NCBI GenBank assembly: GCA_048941265.1
Contig: JBHLNT010000034.1
Coordinates: 1-31,315 of the forward strand
DNA length: 31,315 nucleotides
From: Promethearchaeota archaeon
Lineage (GTDB): Archaea > Asgardarchaeota > Lokiarchaeia > Sigyniarchaeales > SOKP01
Direction of reading: 5' to 3'
Shown: positions 10,094-19,184 of the stretch, in pieces
Layout: every line of letters begins with the position of its first letter
Position numbering within the stretch: the first letter of the stretch is position 1
Notes under the pieces: generated by a model
The model's input: only the letters and a program-made list of their open reading frames with translations
Databases searched by the model: none
What the model was told of the DNA's origin: nothing
Made by a program: the position numbers and the translations under genes

Positions 10094-10263
10094 TCAATTT
10101 TTTTTTACATATTATAATAAATTTAAGATGTTAATTATGAATGATACTGACCAAAATTCTGGGTTTGCTAAACTTAATGACTCTTTTTTAGAGGTAAATA
10201 TAAATTATAAAAACGTGGTGTTTTGCCTATAAGCCCTAATCAAAGCCTAAAGTGTGATATTAC

Positions 10264-10713
10264 TTGATCAAAATTAGAAAATTTAAAGATGAGGATGCAA
10301 TAGAAGCGTCATATTTAATCAGAAAAGCATTATCTGAAGTTAATAGTAAATATTACCCTAAATCAGTAATAGATTATATGTGTAATGAGTTTTCTCCTGA
10401 ATTTTTGATTGGACTTTCAAAAGAACGCGAATTCTTTGTTGCTTTTGAAAATTCTAAAATTATTGGAACTATAACTATTTTAAATGATTATATTGGTACC
10501 GTATTTGTAAATCCAGAGTATCATAGCATGGGAATTGGAAACAAATTGATGGAGATCATTGAGAATTTAGCAAAAGAAAGGAAAATTGAAAAACTAAGAT
10601 TAAATTCAAGTATTAATGCTGTAAATTTTTATGAAAAATTAGGTTATAAGAAAGGGGAACAATCTCAAAGTGAGGAATATGGGATTACGTATGAAATGAG
10701 CAAAATCCTATAA
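10264..10713 (+). CDS. GNAT N-acetyltransferase
   Basis: VFVNPEYHSMGIGNKLM and NAVNFYEKLGY motifs. TTG start. Confidence 0.9.
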   Translation: MIKIRKFKDEDAIEASYLIRKALSEVNSKYYPKSVIDYMCNEFSPEFLIGLSKEREFFVAFENSKIIGTITILNDYIGTVFVNPEYHSMGIGNKLMEIIENLAKERKIEKLRLNSSINAVNFYEKLGYKKGEQSQSEEYGITYEMSKIL

Positions 10714-10838
10714 TAATTATAAAAGAAAAATCAGGTTATAATTTTGTTTATAACGTAAATTTTATTTTTAATGGATTTTTTTTATATTTATTCAATACTT
10801 ATGTATTTAACTTAAAAATTAAAAGGAAATTGATGATA

Positions 10839-11015
10839 ATGGTAAAGTGTGAATGTCCCTCGTGTTATTTTGAAATGGAGTTAGATGAAGGGACAATTGA
10901 AGGAGAAGTTATCCCTTGCCCTGATTGTGGAGTAGATTTGGAAATTATAAAAATTAACGGAGAATTAGCCAAAGCAGAAATAGCTGAGATGGCTGAAGAA
11001 GATTGGGGCGAGTAA
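10839..11015 (+). CDS. lysW: Alpha-aminoadipate/glutamate carrier protein LysW
   Basis: Zn ribbon CPSC...CPDC, acidic composition and the hallmark C-terminal EDWGE. ATG 10839 is preferred over TTG 10830. Confidence 0.93.
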   Translation: MVKCECPSCYFEMELDEGTIEGEVIPCPDCGVDLEIIKINGELAKAEIAEMAEEDWGE

Positions 11016-11108
11016 AGCTCAGATTCGATTATCTACATTTTCATGTTAATTATTTACTCGCTTTTTGAATCTATCTTTCAAATTTTTTAGATATACCTTA
11101 AATATTTA

Positions 11109-12932
11109 TCATTTTAAATTGTTGATTATGAGTTCAGCATATTTTTTCCCAACTACCTGAGCCAGCTCTTCAAAAGTGGCTTTCTTTACTCCTTCAAGAC
11201 TCTCAAAATGAGTTAATAATTTATTTCTCGTTGCCGGTCCTATACCTTTTATATCGTCTAATAAAGAGCCCGTCATTTTTTTCTTTCTCTGCTTTTTATG
11301 TAGCCTAACTGCAAATCTATGTGCTTCATCTCTGACTCTTTGAAATAATTTCAATAAAGGTGAGGTCTTTGGTAAAATAAGTGGTTCTTTTTTTCCAGGA
11401 AGATAAATTTCTTCGAATCGCTTAGCCAATCCTATAATTGGTATTCCATCAATTCCTAATTCCTTTAAAACAGAAATACCCGCATTTAATTGCCCTTTTC
11501 CACCATCCACTAAAATTAAATCGGGTAATTGAAACCCTTTTTCTATTAAAAAGCTATAGCGCCTCTTAATAACTTCTTTCATCATGGCAACATCATCCGG
11601 AGTAGATTTTGAGCGAATTTTATAATGTCGATAAAACTTATTATATGGTTTTCCTTCGAGAAAATAGACCATGGATCCTGTTGCATTTGTACCTTCTATG
11701 TTGGAAATATCAAATCCTTCAATTATTCTTGGCTCATCAGGTAAGTTTAGAAGTTCTTTTGCTTTTTGCAGTGCTTTTTTTATTTGATCATCCTCTTTTT
11801 GCTTGATATCTTCCATTTGTATTTGTTGTTCTAACATGACTTTAGCATTCTTTAATGCAATTCTCATTAATCCAAATTCACCAGCTTTGGGAGTTCTGAT
11901 TTGGATTGTTTTTTTAATATCTTTTAGTATTTCTTTTAAAAGGTTAATTCGTTCATCCTTTTTGGGTATAACAATAATATCAGGAAGAGTATACTTGAGA
12001 TCTTGATAATATTGCTCTAAAACAGAAATTAATATTTCTTCTCTTAAATTTAGTTTTTCTCTTAAGTCAAAATTAAAAGAACTCTTATTTGAGATTTTTC
12101 CTTCTCGAATATGAATAACAACTAAAGTAGCATAATTATTATTGCTAGTATATCCAATTATATCTTTATTTACTTCTTTGTCTAAAAGTACATGTTGACT
12201 CGCTGTGGAATGGTCGATTGCTTCCAATTTATCTCTCCAAAATGCTGCTATTTCATAATTTTGTTTTTTAGCTGCTCTTTCCATCTTTTGTTTGATTTGG
12301 TTTTTAAGTTCTTCAGTTTCACCTTTTAAAAACAATTCAATTTTTTTAATATTTTCAAGGTATTCTGCTCTTTCAATAGCACCGACACATGGTCCTGGAC
12401 ATAGTTTCAATTGGTAATATAAACAGGATCTTGTCCTTTTTTGCACTTTTTTATTACATGAGCAATATGGAAAAATTTTTCTTAGATCTCGTAGAATTCT
12501 TCTGATCTCTTTCTTATCAGTATATGGTCCTAAGAATAGATTTTCCTGAGAATACCATTGAGGATTTCTTAAAATTTTAATTCGGGGATACTCTTCGGAA
12601 TAAAATATTCCAACCCATGGATATGACTTAGAATCTCGCATAATTACATTAAAACGTGGCAGATGTTTCTTAATTTGAATATTTTCTAAAATAGACGCCT
12701 CTTTTTCATTCTCAGTAACGATATAATCTATTGATTTAATTCTTTTAACTAAATCCTTAATTTTTTCCTCATAATATGGATCGATGTACGTGGATTTTAC
12801 AAAGTATTGCGATACTCTTTTTTTGAGATTACGTGCTTTACCAATGTAAATGATTTTATTACTTTTATCTTTAAATATATAAACTCCAGGTTCATTTGGT
12901 AAAATTTTTCGTTGTAACTCTAAATCTGACAT
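11109..12932 (-). CDS. uvrC: Excinuclease ABC subunit C
   Basis: GIY-YIG (PGVYIF..IIYIGKA), Cys cluster, UVR coil, RNase H-like FDISN / LVDGGKGQ / RDEAHRFA and C-terminal HhH GIGP. Confidence 0.97.
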   Translation of the reverse strand: MSDLELQRKILPNEPGVYIFKDKSNKIIYIGKARNLKKRVSQYFVKSTYIDPYYEEKIKDLVKRIKSIDYIVTENEKEASILENIQIKKHLPRFNVIMRDSKSYPWVGIFYSEEYPRIKILRNPQWYSQENLFLGPYTDKKEIRRILRDLRKIFPYCSCNKKVQKRTRSCLYYQLKLCPGPCVGAIERAEYLENIKKIELFLKGETEELKNQIKQKMERAAKKQNYEIAAFWRDKLEAIDHSTASQHVLLDKEVNKDIIGYTSNNNYATLVVIHIREGKISNKSSFNFDLREKLNLREEILISVLEQYYQDLKYTLPDIIVIPKKDERINLLKEILKDIKKTIQIRTPKAGEFGLMRIALKNAKVMLEQQIQMEDIKQKEDDQIKKALQKAKELLNLPDEPRIIEGFDISNIEGTNATGSMVYFLEGKPYNKFYRHYKIRSKSTPDDVAMMKEVIKRRYSFLIEKGFQLPDLILVDGGKGQLNAGISVLKELGIDGIPIIGLAKRFEEIYLPGKKEPLILPKTSPLLKLFQRVRDEAHRFAVRLHKKQRKKKMTGSLLDDIKGIGPATRNKLLTHFESLEGVKKATFEELAQVVGKKYAELIINNLK

Positions 12933-13161
12933 CTTTAAGATTTACTTTTTTCTATTGAATAGTATACTTGCGAGATTTACTGATCTGATTATTTCATACG
13001 ACATTTTTTTAATGAGCATATCTCTATTATTCTTTTATCTTAAAAAGGATTAATATTTATTTGTTATACCGTATAAATTTATTAACAAGATGTAATAATA
13101 CCTAATTTTAAAAGTATGTAGTGAAATGAATTAATCTAATGACTAGTTTTTAGTTATAACA

Positions 13162-13356
13162 ATGGTAAAAATAAGATTATGCCCAAAATGTAAGAAACCA
13201 ACATTGAGAAATGCCATCAACGTAAGTGGATGGTTAGCTCCTGGTATGTTTGAATGCAGTGATGAGAAATGCGGGTATGTTGGATATATTTATATTGAAG
13301 TGGATCCAGAAGATTATAAGCTTGATGGTGATCATAAATTAGATGAAGATACATAA
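13162..13356 (+). CDS. Small zinc-ribbon hypothetical protein
   Basis: CPKC...CSDEKCGY and an acidic tail. Confidence 0.7.
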   Translation: MVKIRLCPKCKKPTLRNAINVSGWLAPGMFECSDEKCGYVGYIYIEVDPEDYKLDGDHKLDEDT

Positions 13357-13421
13357 AAATAAAATCCCTTACTTTTATAATATTAATAAAATGAATTCTA
13401 ATCCCTTACAGTTGATTAGAT

Positions 13422-14357
13422 ATGGATCAATTATTAAAAGATGCGAAAAGAATAAAATCCTTAGAGATTCAGGGTGCAACTAATGTTGCTCTGAGTGCGA
13501 TTGATTTTTTAAGCAGCTATGCAAAAAGATTGAAATATCGTGAAATAGACACTTGTTTGGATGACTTATATAAGGCAAGAGAGATTTTAATTAATACCAG
13601 GTCAACAGAACCGGCAATGAGGAATGGGTTAAATTATATTATGAATAAATTAGAAAATGAAAAAAATAAATGTAGTTTAGAAGAAGTTCCTGAAAAAATT
13701 GAAATTTATAAAAATGAATACTATCAAATGCTTTTAAATTCCAAGAAAAAGATTGCTGAAATCGGTGCTCGTCGAATTCCGGAGGCGGACAAAACTTTTG
13801 TAGTCATGACACATTGCCATTCTTCATTAGTCACTGCAATTCTTTTGGAAGCTAAAAAGCAAGGTAAGAAATTTAAAGTGATAAACACTGAGACTCAACC
13901 GCGGTTGCAGGGGAGAAAAACGGTATTAGAATTGTTAGGAGCCTCTATAGAAGTAGTTCATGTAATTGACAGTGCAATGAGATGGGCTATTAAGCATTTT
14001 CAAGTAGACTTGATATTAATAGGGGCTGACTCAATCACTTCAGAAGGAACCGTTTTGAATAAAATTGGATCGAGATTACTTGCTCTGGTCGCTCATGAGG
14101 AGAATATTCCGTTTTATGTAGCATCACCTTTATTGAAGTATAATCCTGAAACGAATTTAGGAACTTTAGAAAAAATTGAAATGCGTGATGCTAAAGAAAT
14201 ATGGGAAAATCCTCCAGAAGGGGTCGAAATACTAAATCCCGCTTTTGAAACTATCAGGAGAAGATATATAGACGGATTAATAACCGAAGCAGGGATTTTT
14301 GCCTCGAGTCATGTTCCAAATTATTTCGCAAAATTATATCCAGAAATGGTTGAATAA
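13422..14357 (+). CDS. Ribose-1,5-bisphosphate isomerase (eIF2B-like family)
   Basis: EIQGA, RSTEPAM, THCHS (catalytic Cys), ETQP, GADSI (catalytic Asp), NKIG and NPAFE. Close to form III RuBisCO. Confidence 0.88.
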   Translation: MDQLLKDAKRIKSLEIQGATNVALSAIDFLSSYAKRLKYREIDTCLDDLYKAREILINTRSTEPAMRNGLNYIMNKLENEKNKCSLEEVPEKIEIYKNEYYQMLLNSKKKIAEIGARRIPEADKTFVVMTHCHSSLVTAILLEAKKQGKKFKVINTETQPRLQGRKTVLELLGASIEVVHVIDSAMRWAIKHFQVDLILIGADSITSEGTVLNKIGSRLLALVAHEENIPFYVASPLLKYNPETNLGTLEKIEMRDAKEIWENPPEGVEILNPAFETIRRRYIDGLITEAGIFASSHVPNYFAKLYPEMVE

Positions 14358-14444
14358 GGCCATCTTCTTTTCACATTTCAATTACTCCTATTAATTCAGA
14401 TTTAGAACAAAAAGATTTTTACTTATTATCCCTTAGGATAAAAT

Positions 14445-15662
14445 ATGGATCATTTCGAATCAGCAATGGATTTAAGTTTTAAAACACCGTTATATGCAAA
14501 TCTTTATAAATCACATGGTATCAATAGAAACGATATAAAGAACAGGGAAGATTTACCGAAATTACCTACTGTGTCAAAGACCCACCTAAATGAAGATTTT
14601 ACTAAAGCGATAGCAAAACCCAATGATGTTATAAAGTACCATACGACATCAGGAACTTCAGGAAAGCCTACTGTTGTTGCGTTTACAAAAAACGACTGGG
14701 ATATCTACATATGGCAAAATATTAAATGCCTAAAATTAATTGGAGCAACTAAGCATGATACTTTTTACAATTCCACACCATATGGAATGTTCTTCGCGGG
14801 ATTGGTTTTGCACGATTCATGCATCAATTTAGGGGGAAAAGTTATACCTGCCGGAGCATTACCAACAGCAGAGGCGCATTTCAGCTTGATCCAAATATTT
14901 AATCCATCAGTTTTCATCGGTGTTCCTCAATTTTTATTAAAGCTTGGTAGAACAATCACAGATAGGGGAAATGATCCTCGGGAGTTATCTCTTAAAAAAG
15001 CCTATTGTTTGGGAGAGCCTTTACCTGATAAAAAGCGCCAATTAATTGAAGATTTATGGGATATAGATCTTTATTGCGGATACGGTTTATCAGAAGTAGG
15101 AGCAGGAGCAGAATGTAGTGAAAAACGGGGATTTCATTGGCCGACGAATGATATCTTAATCGAAGTATTAGATGAGAAAAATGGAAAAGGAGAATTGACA
15201 TATACCACTCTTACGAAAACAGGGACATTAGCTATTCGTTTTAGATCAGGGGATTTGGGTTATATTTTAGACGAACCATGTCCTTGCGGCGAAAAAACAC
15301 CCCTAATCTCTCATATTGAAGAAAGAATTGATGATTTAGTTAAAGTAAAAGGAACTTTAATTAGCCCGTTTGCTGTTGATTCTGCATTATATTCATTCAA
15401 AAACATCAGCAACTACTTGTTCGTAATCGATGATGAAAATGGGATAGATACAGTCAGAATTTATGTAGAGGGGGAAAATATAGACCCTTTAAGCATTAAG
15501 GATTCCATATATTCAATGACATACATTACCCCTAATTCTGTAAGGTATATCGAAAAGGATTCCATCCCTATAATAAGTCGCAAAGGAAAACGATTTGTAG
15601 ATTTAAGAAAGGAAAATCCTTACAATAATACAATTCGAAATTTTGAGAGAAGAATTGTTTAA
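14445..15662 (+). CDS. Phenylacetate-CoA ligase (PaaK)-family adenylate-forming enzyme
   Basis: P-loop TTSGTSGKP, YGLSE, RFRSGD, CPCG and RIDDLVKVKG. Confidence 0.88.
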   Translation: MDHFESAMDLSFKTPLYANLYKSHGINRNDIKNREDLPKLPTVSKTHLNEDFTKAIAKPNDVIKYHTTSGTSGKPTVVAFTKNDWDIYIWQNIKCLKLIGATKHDTFYNSTPYGMFFAGLVLHDSCINLGGKVIPAGALPTAEAHFSLIQIFNPSVFIGVPQFLLKLGRTITDRGNDPRELSLKKAYCLGEPLPDKKRQLIEDLWDIDLYCGYGLSEVGAGAECSEKRGFHWPTNDILIEVLDEKNGKGELTYTTLTKTGTLAIRFRSGDLGYILDEPCPCGEKTPLISHIEERIDDLVKVKGTLISPFAVDSALYSFKNISNYLFVIDDENGIDTVRIYVEGENIDPLSIKDSIYSMTYITPNSVRYIEKDSIPIISRKGKRFVDLRKENPYNNTIRNFERRIV

Positions 15663-16936
15663 CCCCATTTTTCAATTGCTTTTCTTAATTCGATGTTGGA
15701 ACTTGCCTTATCTATTAAAGTTGAACCTTCTAAAATAGCATCAACAGCTTGTCTGATGGCTTTAGCTCCTGCTAATGTACCATTAGGATGCCCATGACAA
15801 CCCCCTCCAAATTGATAAACCATTTCTATTCCTAAAAATTTGATTAAATCAGGTATATGAAGTGGACTCAATCCACCTGAGGCAACAGGTAATATAGGTT
15901 TAATTTTACCCCAATCTTGATCAAGTAAAGTTTTGTTATTTCCTTGAATTTTATTTTTGGTAATAACTTTATTTGTTTCAAGCACTTCTTGTTTTCCACC
16001 TTCCATTTTACCTATAATAGTTCCAGTATGAAGTTGATCCATACCTAATAATCTCATAATCTTCGCTAAAGCGAGCATGGTCATTCCATGCTTCTTTTTT
16101 CGAGTTATTGCGGCGTGCATGGCTCGATGAGCGTGAATAACGACATTTTTATCGTCAAGATAGTCCCTAATTTCTTGTAAAGCAGAAAATCCAACAGTTA
16201 AAATATCTAGCATAATATACTCACCTCCATGCTCAATTACAAAATCAGCTCTTTTTTTCATAGTACTAACAGGAGCAGTTATATTTGGCATATATATTTT
16301 TTTTTCCCCGGTTTCTTTTTCTACTTTATCTCTAACTTTTAGTGTTTCTTCAATTCTCTTTTCAAATTTATTAAATACCATGCTAGTAAGGTTTTCATCA
16401 TCTTTAACCATATCTAACCCTCCTCTCCACGCCTCTCCACACACATTAGCGTGTTCAATCTCGTTCAATCCGACTTTAGGCTTGACTATTGTTCCTAAGA
16501 GAGGTCGTTTTTTAATCTTAGTAAGCTTTCTAATTCCTTCAATTCCAAATTTAGGACCGAGATAAGCGTTAATAATATCACGAGGAAAAGTAATATCAAT
16601 TAATCTTAAATTTTTAAGAGCTTTCATCCCATAAATGTTTCCTGCAATAGCACTTAAAATTTGAGACATATTTTCTGCTTCAAAAAGTTCTTGAGTATAA
16701 GCAATTTTTACAATATGATTATCCTCATCTATATAATAGACAGAAGGTCTTAACCTTTCTGCAATTTCTTTTGACATAGTTATTATATCCGTCCAAGTCC
16801 CTATAGAGCTTTCTTTAGCAATTTCTTCACAAGCTTGTTCAAGACTAGGACAAGTTTCAGGAGATCTCTCAACATAATACATTGCAATGAGGTCTTTATC
16901 ATCCGGCTTATAATTTTTATCTACATAATGTAACAT
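15659..16936 (-). CDS. rbcL: Form III RuBisCO large subunit
   Basis: ESSIGTW, GTIVKPKVG, carbamylation motif KDDE, HAHRAMH, loop 6 GKMEG, SGG and QFGGG. The full catalytic set marks a true RuBisCO rather than an RLP. Confidence 0.96.
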   Translation of the reverse strand: MLHYVDKNYKPDDKDLIAMYYVERSPETCPSLEQACEEIAKESSIGTWTDIITMSKEIAERLRPSVYYIDEDNHIVKIAYTQELFEAENMSQILSAIAGNIYGMKALKNLRLIDITFPRDIINAYLGPKFGIEGIRKLTKIKKRPLLGTIVKPKVGLNEIEHANVCGEAWRGGLDMVKDDENLTSMVFNKFEKRIEETLKVRDKVEKETGEKKIYMPNITAPVSTMKKRADFVIEHGGEYIMLDILTVGFSALQEIRDYLDDKNVVIHAHRAMHAAITRKKKHGMTMLALAKIMRLLGMDQLHTGTIIGKMEGGKQEVLETNKVITKNKIQGNNKTLLDQDWGKIKPILPVASGGLSPLHIPDLIKFLGIEMVYQFGGGCHGHPNGTLAGAKAIRQAVDAILEGSTLIDKASSNIELRKAIEKWG

Positions 16937-17054
16937 ATATCATCGCACGTTTTAATAATAAAAAGCAAGGAAAATTTGCTATAATAATTCTAAATAGTTA
17001 TGAAACCATAAAAATTTTATAGCATATTAAATTATCAAAAATTGTGGTTATATA

Positions 17055-17366
17055 ATGAGTGAACTAAACACAAAACAAATCAATTTAGACATTAAAGATT
17101 TAAGTTTCAAGAGCGAACAATTAGTTATTGATTTATTGAGATATTTGACCGAGGCGTTGCCTCAGATAGATATAAACCGTGAGGGATTTGAAGTTAATAT
17201 AACCGTACCAAAAAAGCTATCTAAAAGAGCAATTAAGCTCCGAATAAAGAAATTTTTACATAAAAAAGGAATTAATAGCGATTATAGACCCATTGCACTA
17301 AATGATGTGGATAAGGATGGGTATATGATTAAGGCCAAAAAGATGATAGAGTTAAGTTATTATTGA
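17055..17366 (+). CDS. rpl22e: Ribosomal protein eL22 (L22e) homolog
   Basis: LSKRAIKLRIKKFLHKKGINSDYRPIA...IELSYY aligns by eye with eukaryotic eL22 [27 protein letters not shown]...YELRYF. 103 aa with a basic C-terminal half. Confidence 0.82.
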   Translation: MSELNTKQINLDIKDLSFKSEQLVIDLLRYLTEALPQIDINREGFEVNITVPKKLSKRAIKLRIKKFLHKKGINSDYRPIALNDVDKDGYMIKAKKMIELSYY

Positions 17367-17425
17367 TTTTATAAAGATTATACTCCTTAATAATAATTAA
17401 ATAACTTAAAAATTATATTTTAAAC

Positions 17426-18397
17426 GTGGCGTTTAAAGAAAACCTCGATTTACAAATCAAGTCTACTGATGACTTGATGAGATGTATTACTCTTTCCAGC
17501 TTATTAGAATTATCTGGTTGGCCTAAACCTGGAAATGTACATAGAACTAAAGATTTTAAGGACACGAGATTTGAACATTTTTTAGCAGGAATCGCAGCGA
17601 TTCAACCCAATTTTAGAGATTTGTGCCAAAGAGTCTATGTAAATTCAAATATAAAACTTAAAAGCCATAATTTCGTAAAATTGGGACTTTTCTTCAAAGA
17701 GGCTGCAAAAGAAATGATAAGATGGCAAAAAGGGGGTAACGTATTGTTAGGACATATCTTACTTCTCGGTCCACTTACTGCTGCCGCAACAATTTGTTTA
17801 AAAACAGAAAAAATGAGCATTGAGGAATTTAAAATAAATATTAATAAAATAATTGAGGATTCTACTGTAGAAGACACTATCGATTTGTATGAAGCTATTA
17901 GAATAAGTAATCCTGGTGGTCTTGGAAAAATAAAAAAATATGATGTTTATGATAAGGATTCTTTAACAAATATCAAAAAAGATAAGATAAATCTCAAAAA
18001 AATATTTGAGCTTTCTAAAGATTATGATTCAATTAGCCTCGAATACTCCCAAGGATTTAGAATAGTTTTGGATGTAGGTTTGCCCTACTACTTCGAGAGA
18101 TTTAATTCAACAAAAGATATTAATACGACGACGGTGGATACATTTCTAAAAATTCTTTCTAATTATCCTGATACCCTAATAATAAGAAAGTCCAGTTTAC
18201 ACGAGGCCTTATCAATTTCACGAGAAGCTTCAGAAATTTTAAAATATGGTGGTATTTCATCTGAAATTGGCTTCAACCTTAACGAACAATTAGATCTTAA
18301 ATTACACGAAAAAATGGGCATAATGAATCCAGGAACTACAGCAGATATCTTAGCAGGAATAATTTTTTGTGCTCTACTTTTTGGGTTGCGTTTTTAA
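17426..18397 (+). CDS. citG: Triphosphoribosyl-dephospho-CoA synthase (archaeal CitG family)
   Basis: LELSGWPKPGNVHR, GNVLLG, PDTLIIRK and NPGTTAD motifs. Confidence 0.88.
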   Translation: MAFKENLDLQIKSTDDLMRCITLSSLLELSGWPKPGNVHRTKDFKDTRFEHFLAGIAAIQPNFRDLCQRVYVNSNIKLKSHNFVKLGLFFKEAAKEMIRWQKGGNVLLGHILLLGPLTAAATICLKTEKMSIEEFKININKIIEDSTVEDTIDLYEAIRISNPGGLGKIKKYDVYDKDSLTNIKKDKINLKKIFELSKDYDSISLEYSQGFRIVLDVGLPYYFERFNSTKDINTTTVDTFLKILSNYPDTLIIRKSSLHEALSISREASEILKYGGISSEIGFNLNEQLDLKLHEKMGIMNPGTTADILAGIIFCALLFGLRF

Positions 18398-18483
18398 TTT
18401 ATTATAAAAAATTTTTTGTATAAAGATTATTTCTAGTATATATAAAAGAGACAATTTTAAGCACAACTGATGTGAGTTTATTA

Positions 18484-18837
18484 ATGGTAGAATTTTGTGA
18501 TGAATGTGGTGGAATGATGCTTCCCTCTAAAAAAGATGGAGAAAAAGTCTTTAAATGTAAATGTGGAGCGATAAAACCATTTGTTGAAGAGCAAAAGGAC
18601 TCATACAAACTGAAGACAAAAATCGATCATTCTATTAGAGAAGAGGTTACGAACCTTTCAGATGTAATGAATTGGAAAGAAAAAAATTTGAAAAGCACAA
18701 TTAAAAATTTTAAATGCCCTAATTGTGGGTATGATAAGGCACACCTGGAAACAAGACAAACAAGAAGGGCTGATGAAGGTATGACACATTTTATCATATG
18801 TTTGAAGTGTGGTCGTCATATAAAGATTGGAAGTTAA
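18484..18837 (+). CDS. tfs: Transcription factor S (TFS / RpoM-like)
   Basis: N-terminal FCDECG..CKCG and C-terminal CPNC...QTRRADEG...CLKC with the acidic DE hairpin intact. ATG 18484 is preferred over GTG 18472. Confidence 0.92.
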   Translation: MVEFCDECGGMMLPSKKDGEKVFKCKCGAIKPFVEEQKDSYKLKTKIDHSIREEVTNLSDVMNWKEKNLKSTIKNFKCPNCGYDKAHLETRQTRRADEGMTHFIICLKCGRHIKIGS

Positions 18838-18846
18838 TCAACCCTA

Positions 18847-19143
18847 TCAATTGGTTAACTTTTTAATAATAGCCTCAACAGAGATCTTCTTAATAAAATC
18901 CAGCTTAATTATTTTATTATTACTTCTTAAACCTGATACAATTTGGACTTGAGTTGCAGGAATGTCCAATATTTTTCTTAATTTGTTAATTAATTCTTTG
19001 TTTGCCTGGTTTTTAATTGGTTTTGAGAGAAGATATATTGTGAGAGTGTTTCCATTCTCTACAATATTGAACTTTTTGGAATTAGGTTTAACATTTAAGT
19101 GAAGGAAATAGCTTTTGTCAGTTTGTTTTTCAATATATCCCAT
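18847..19143 (-). CDS. DUF167 / UPF0235 (YggU-like) protein
   Basis: LNVKPNSK, P..NQANKELI..L and VQIVSGLRSNNK pattern. Confidence 0.88.
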   Translation of the reverse strand: MGYIEKQTDKSYFLHLNVKPNSKKFNIVENGNTLTIYLLSKPIKNQANKELINKLRKILDIPATQVQIVSGLRSNNKIIKLDFIKKISVEAIIKKLTN

Positions 19144-19184
19144 TTTTTTTAATAAAGTAGTTATTTACTTAATTTTATAAAATT

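Noticed and set aside
12942-13019. 25-aa minus-strand ORF (MLIKKMSYEII...) just upstream of uvrC
   Set aside because: Too short, with no motif; it cannot be distinguished from chance.
13422-14357. Calling this gene a true eIF2B subunit or methylthioribose-1-phosphate isomerase
   Set aside because: The THCHS and GADSI motifs plus the nearby form III RuBisCO fit R15P isomerase better.
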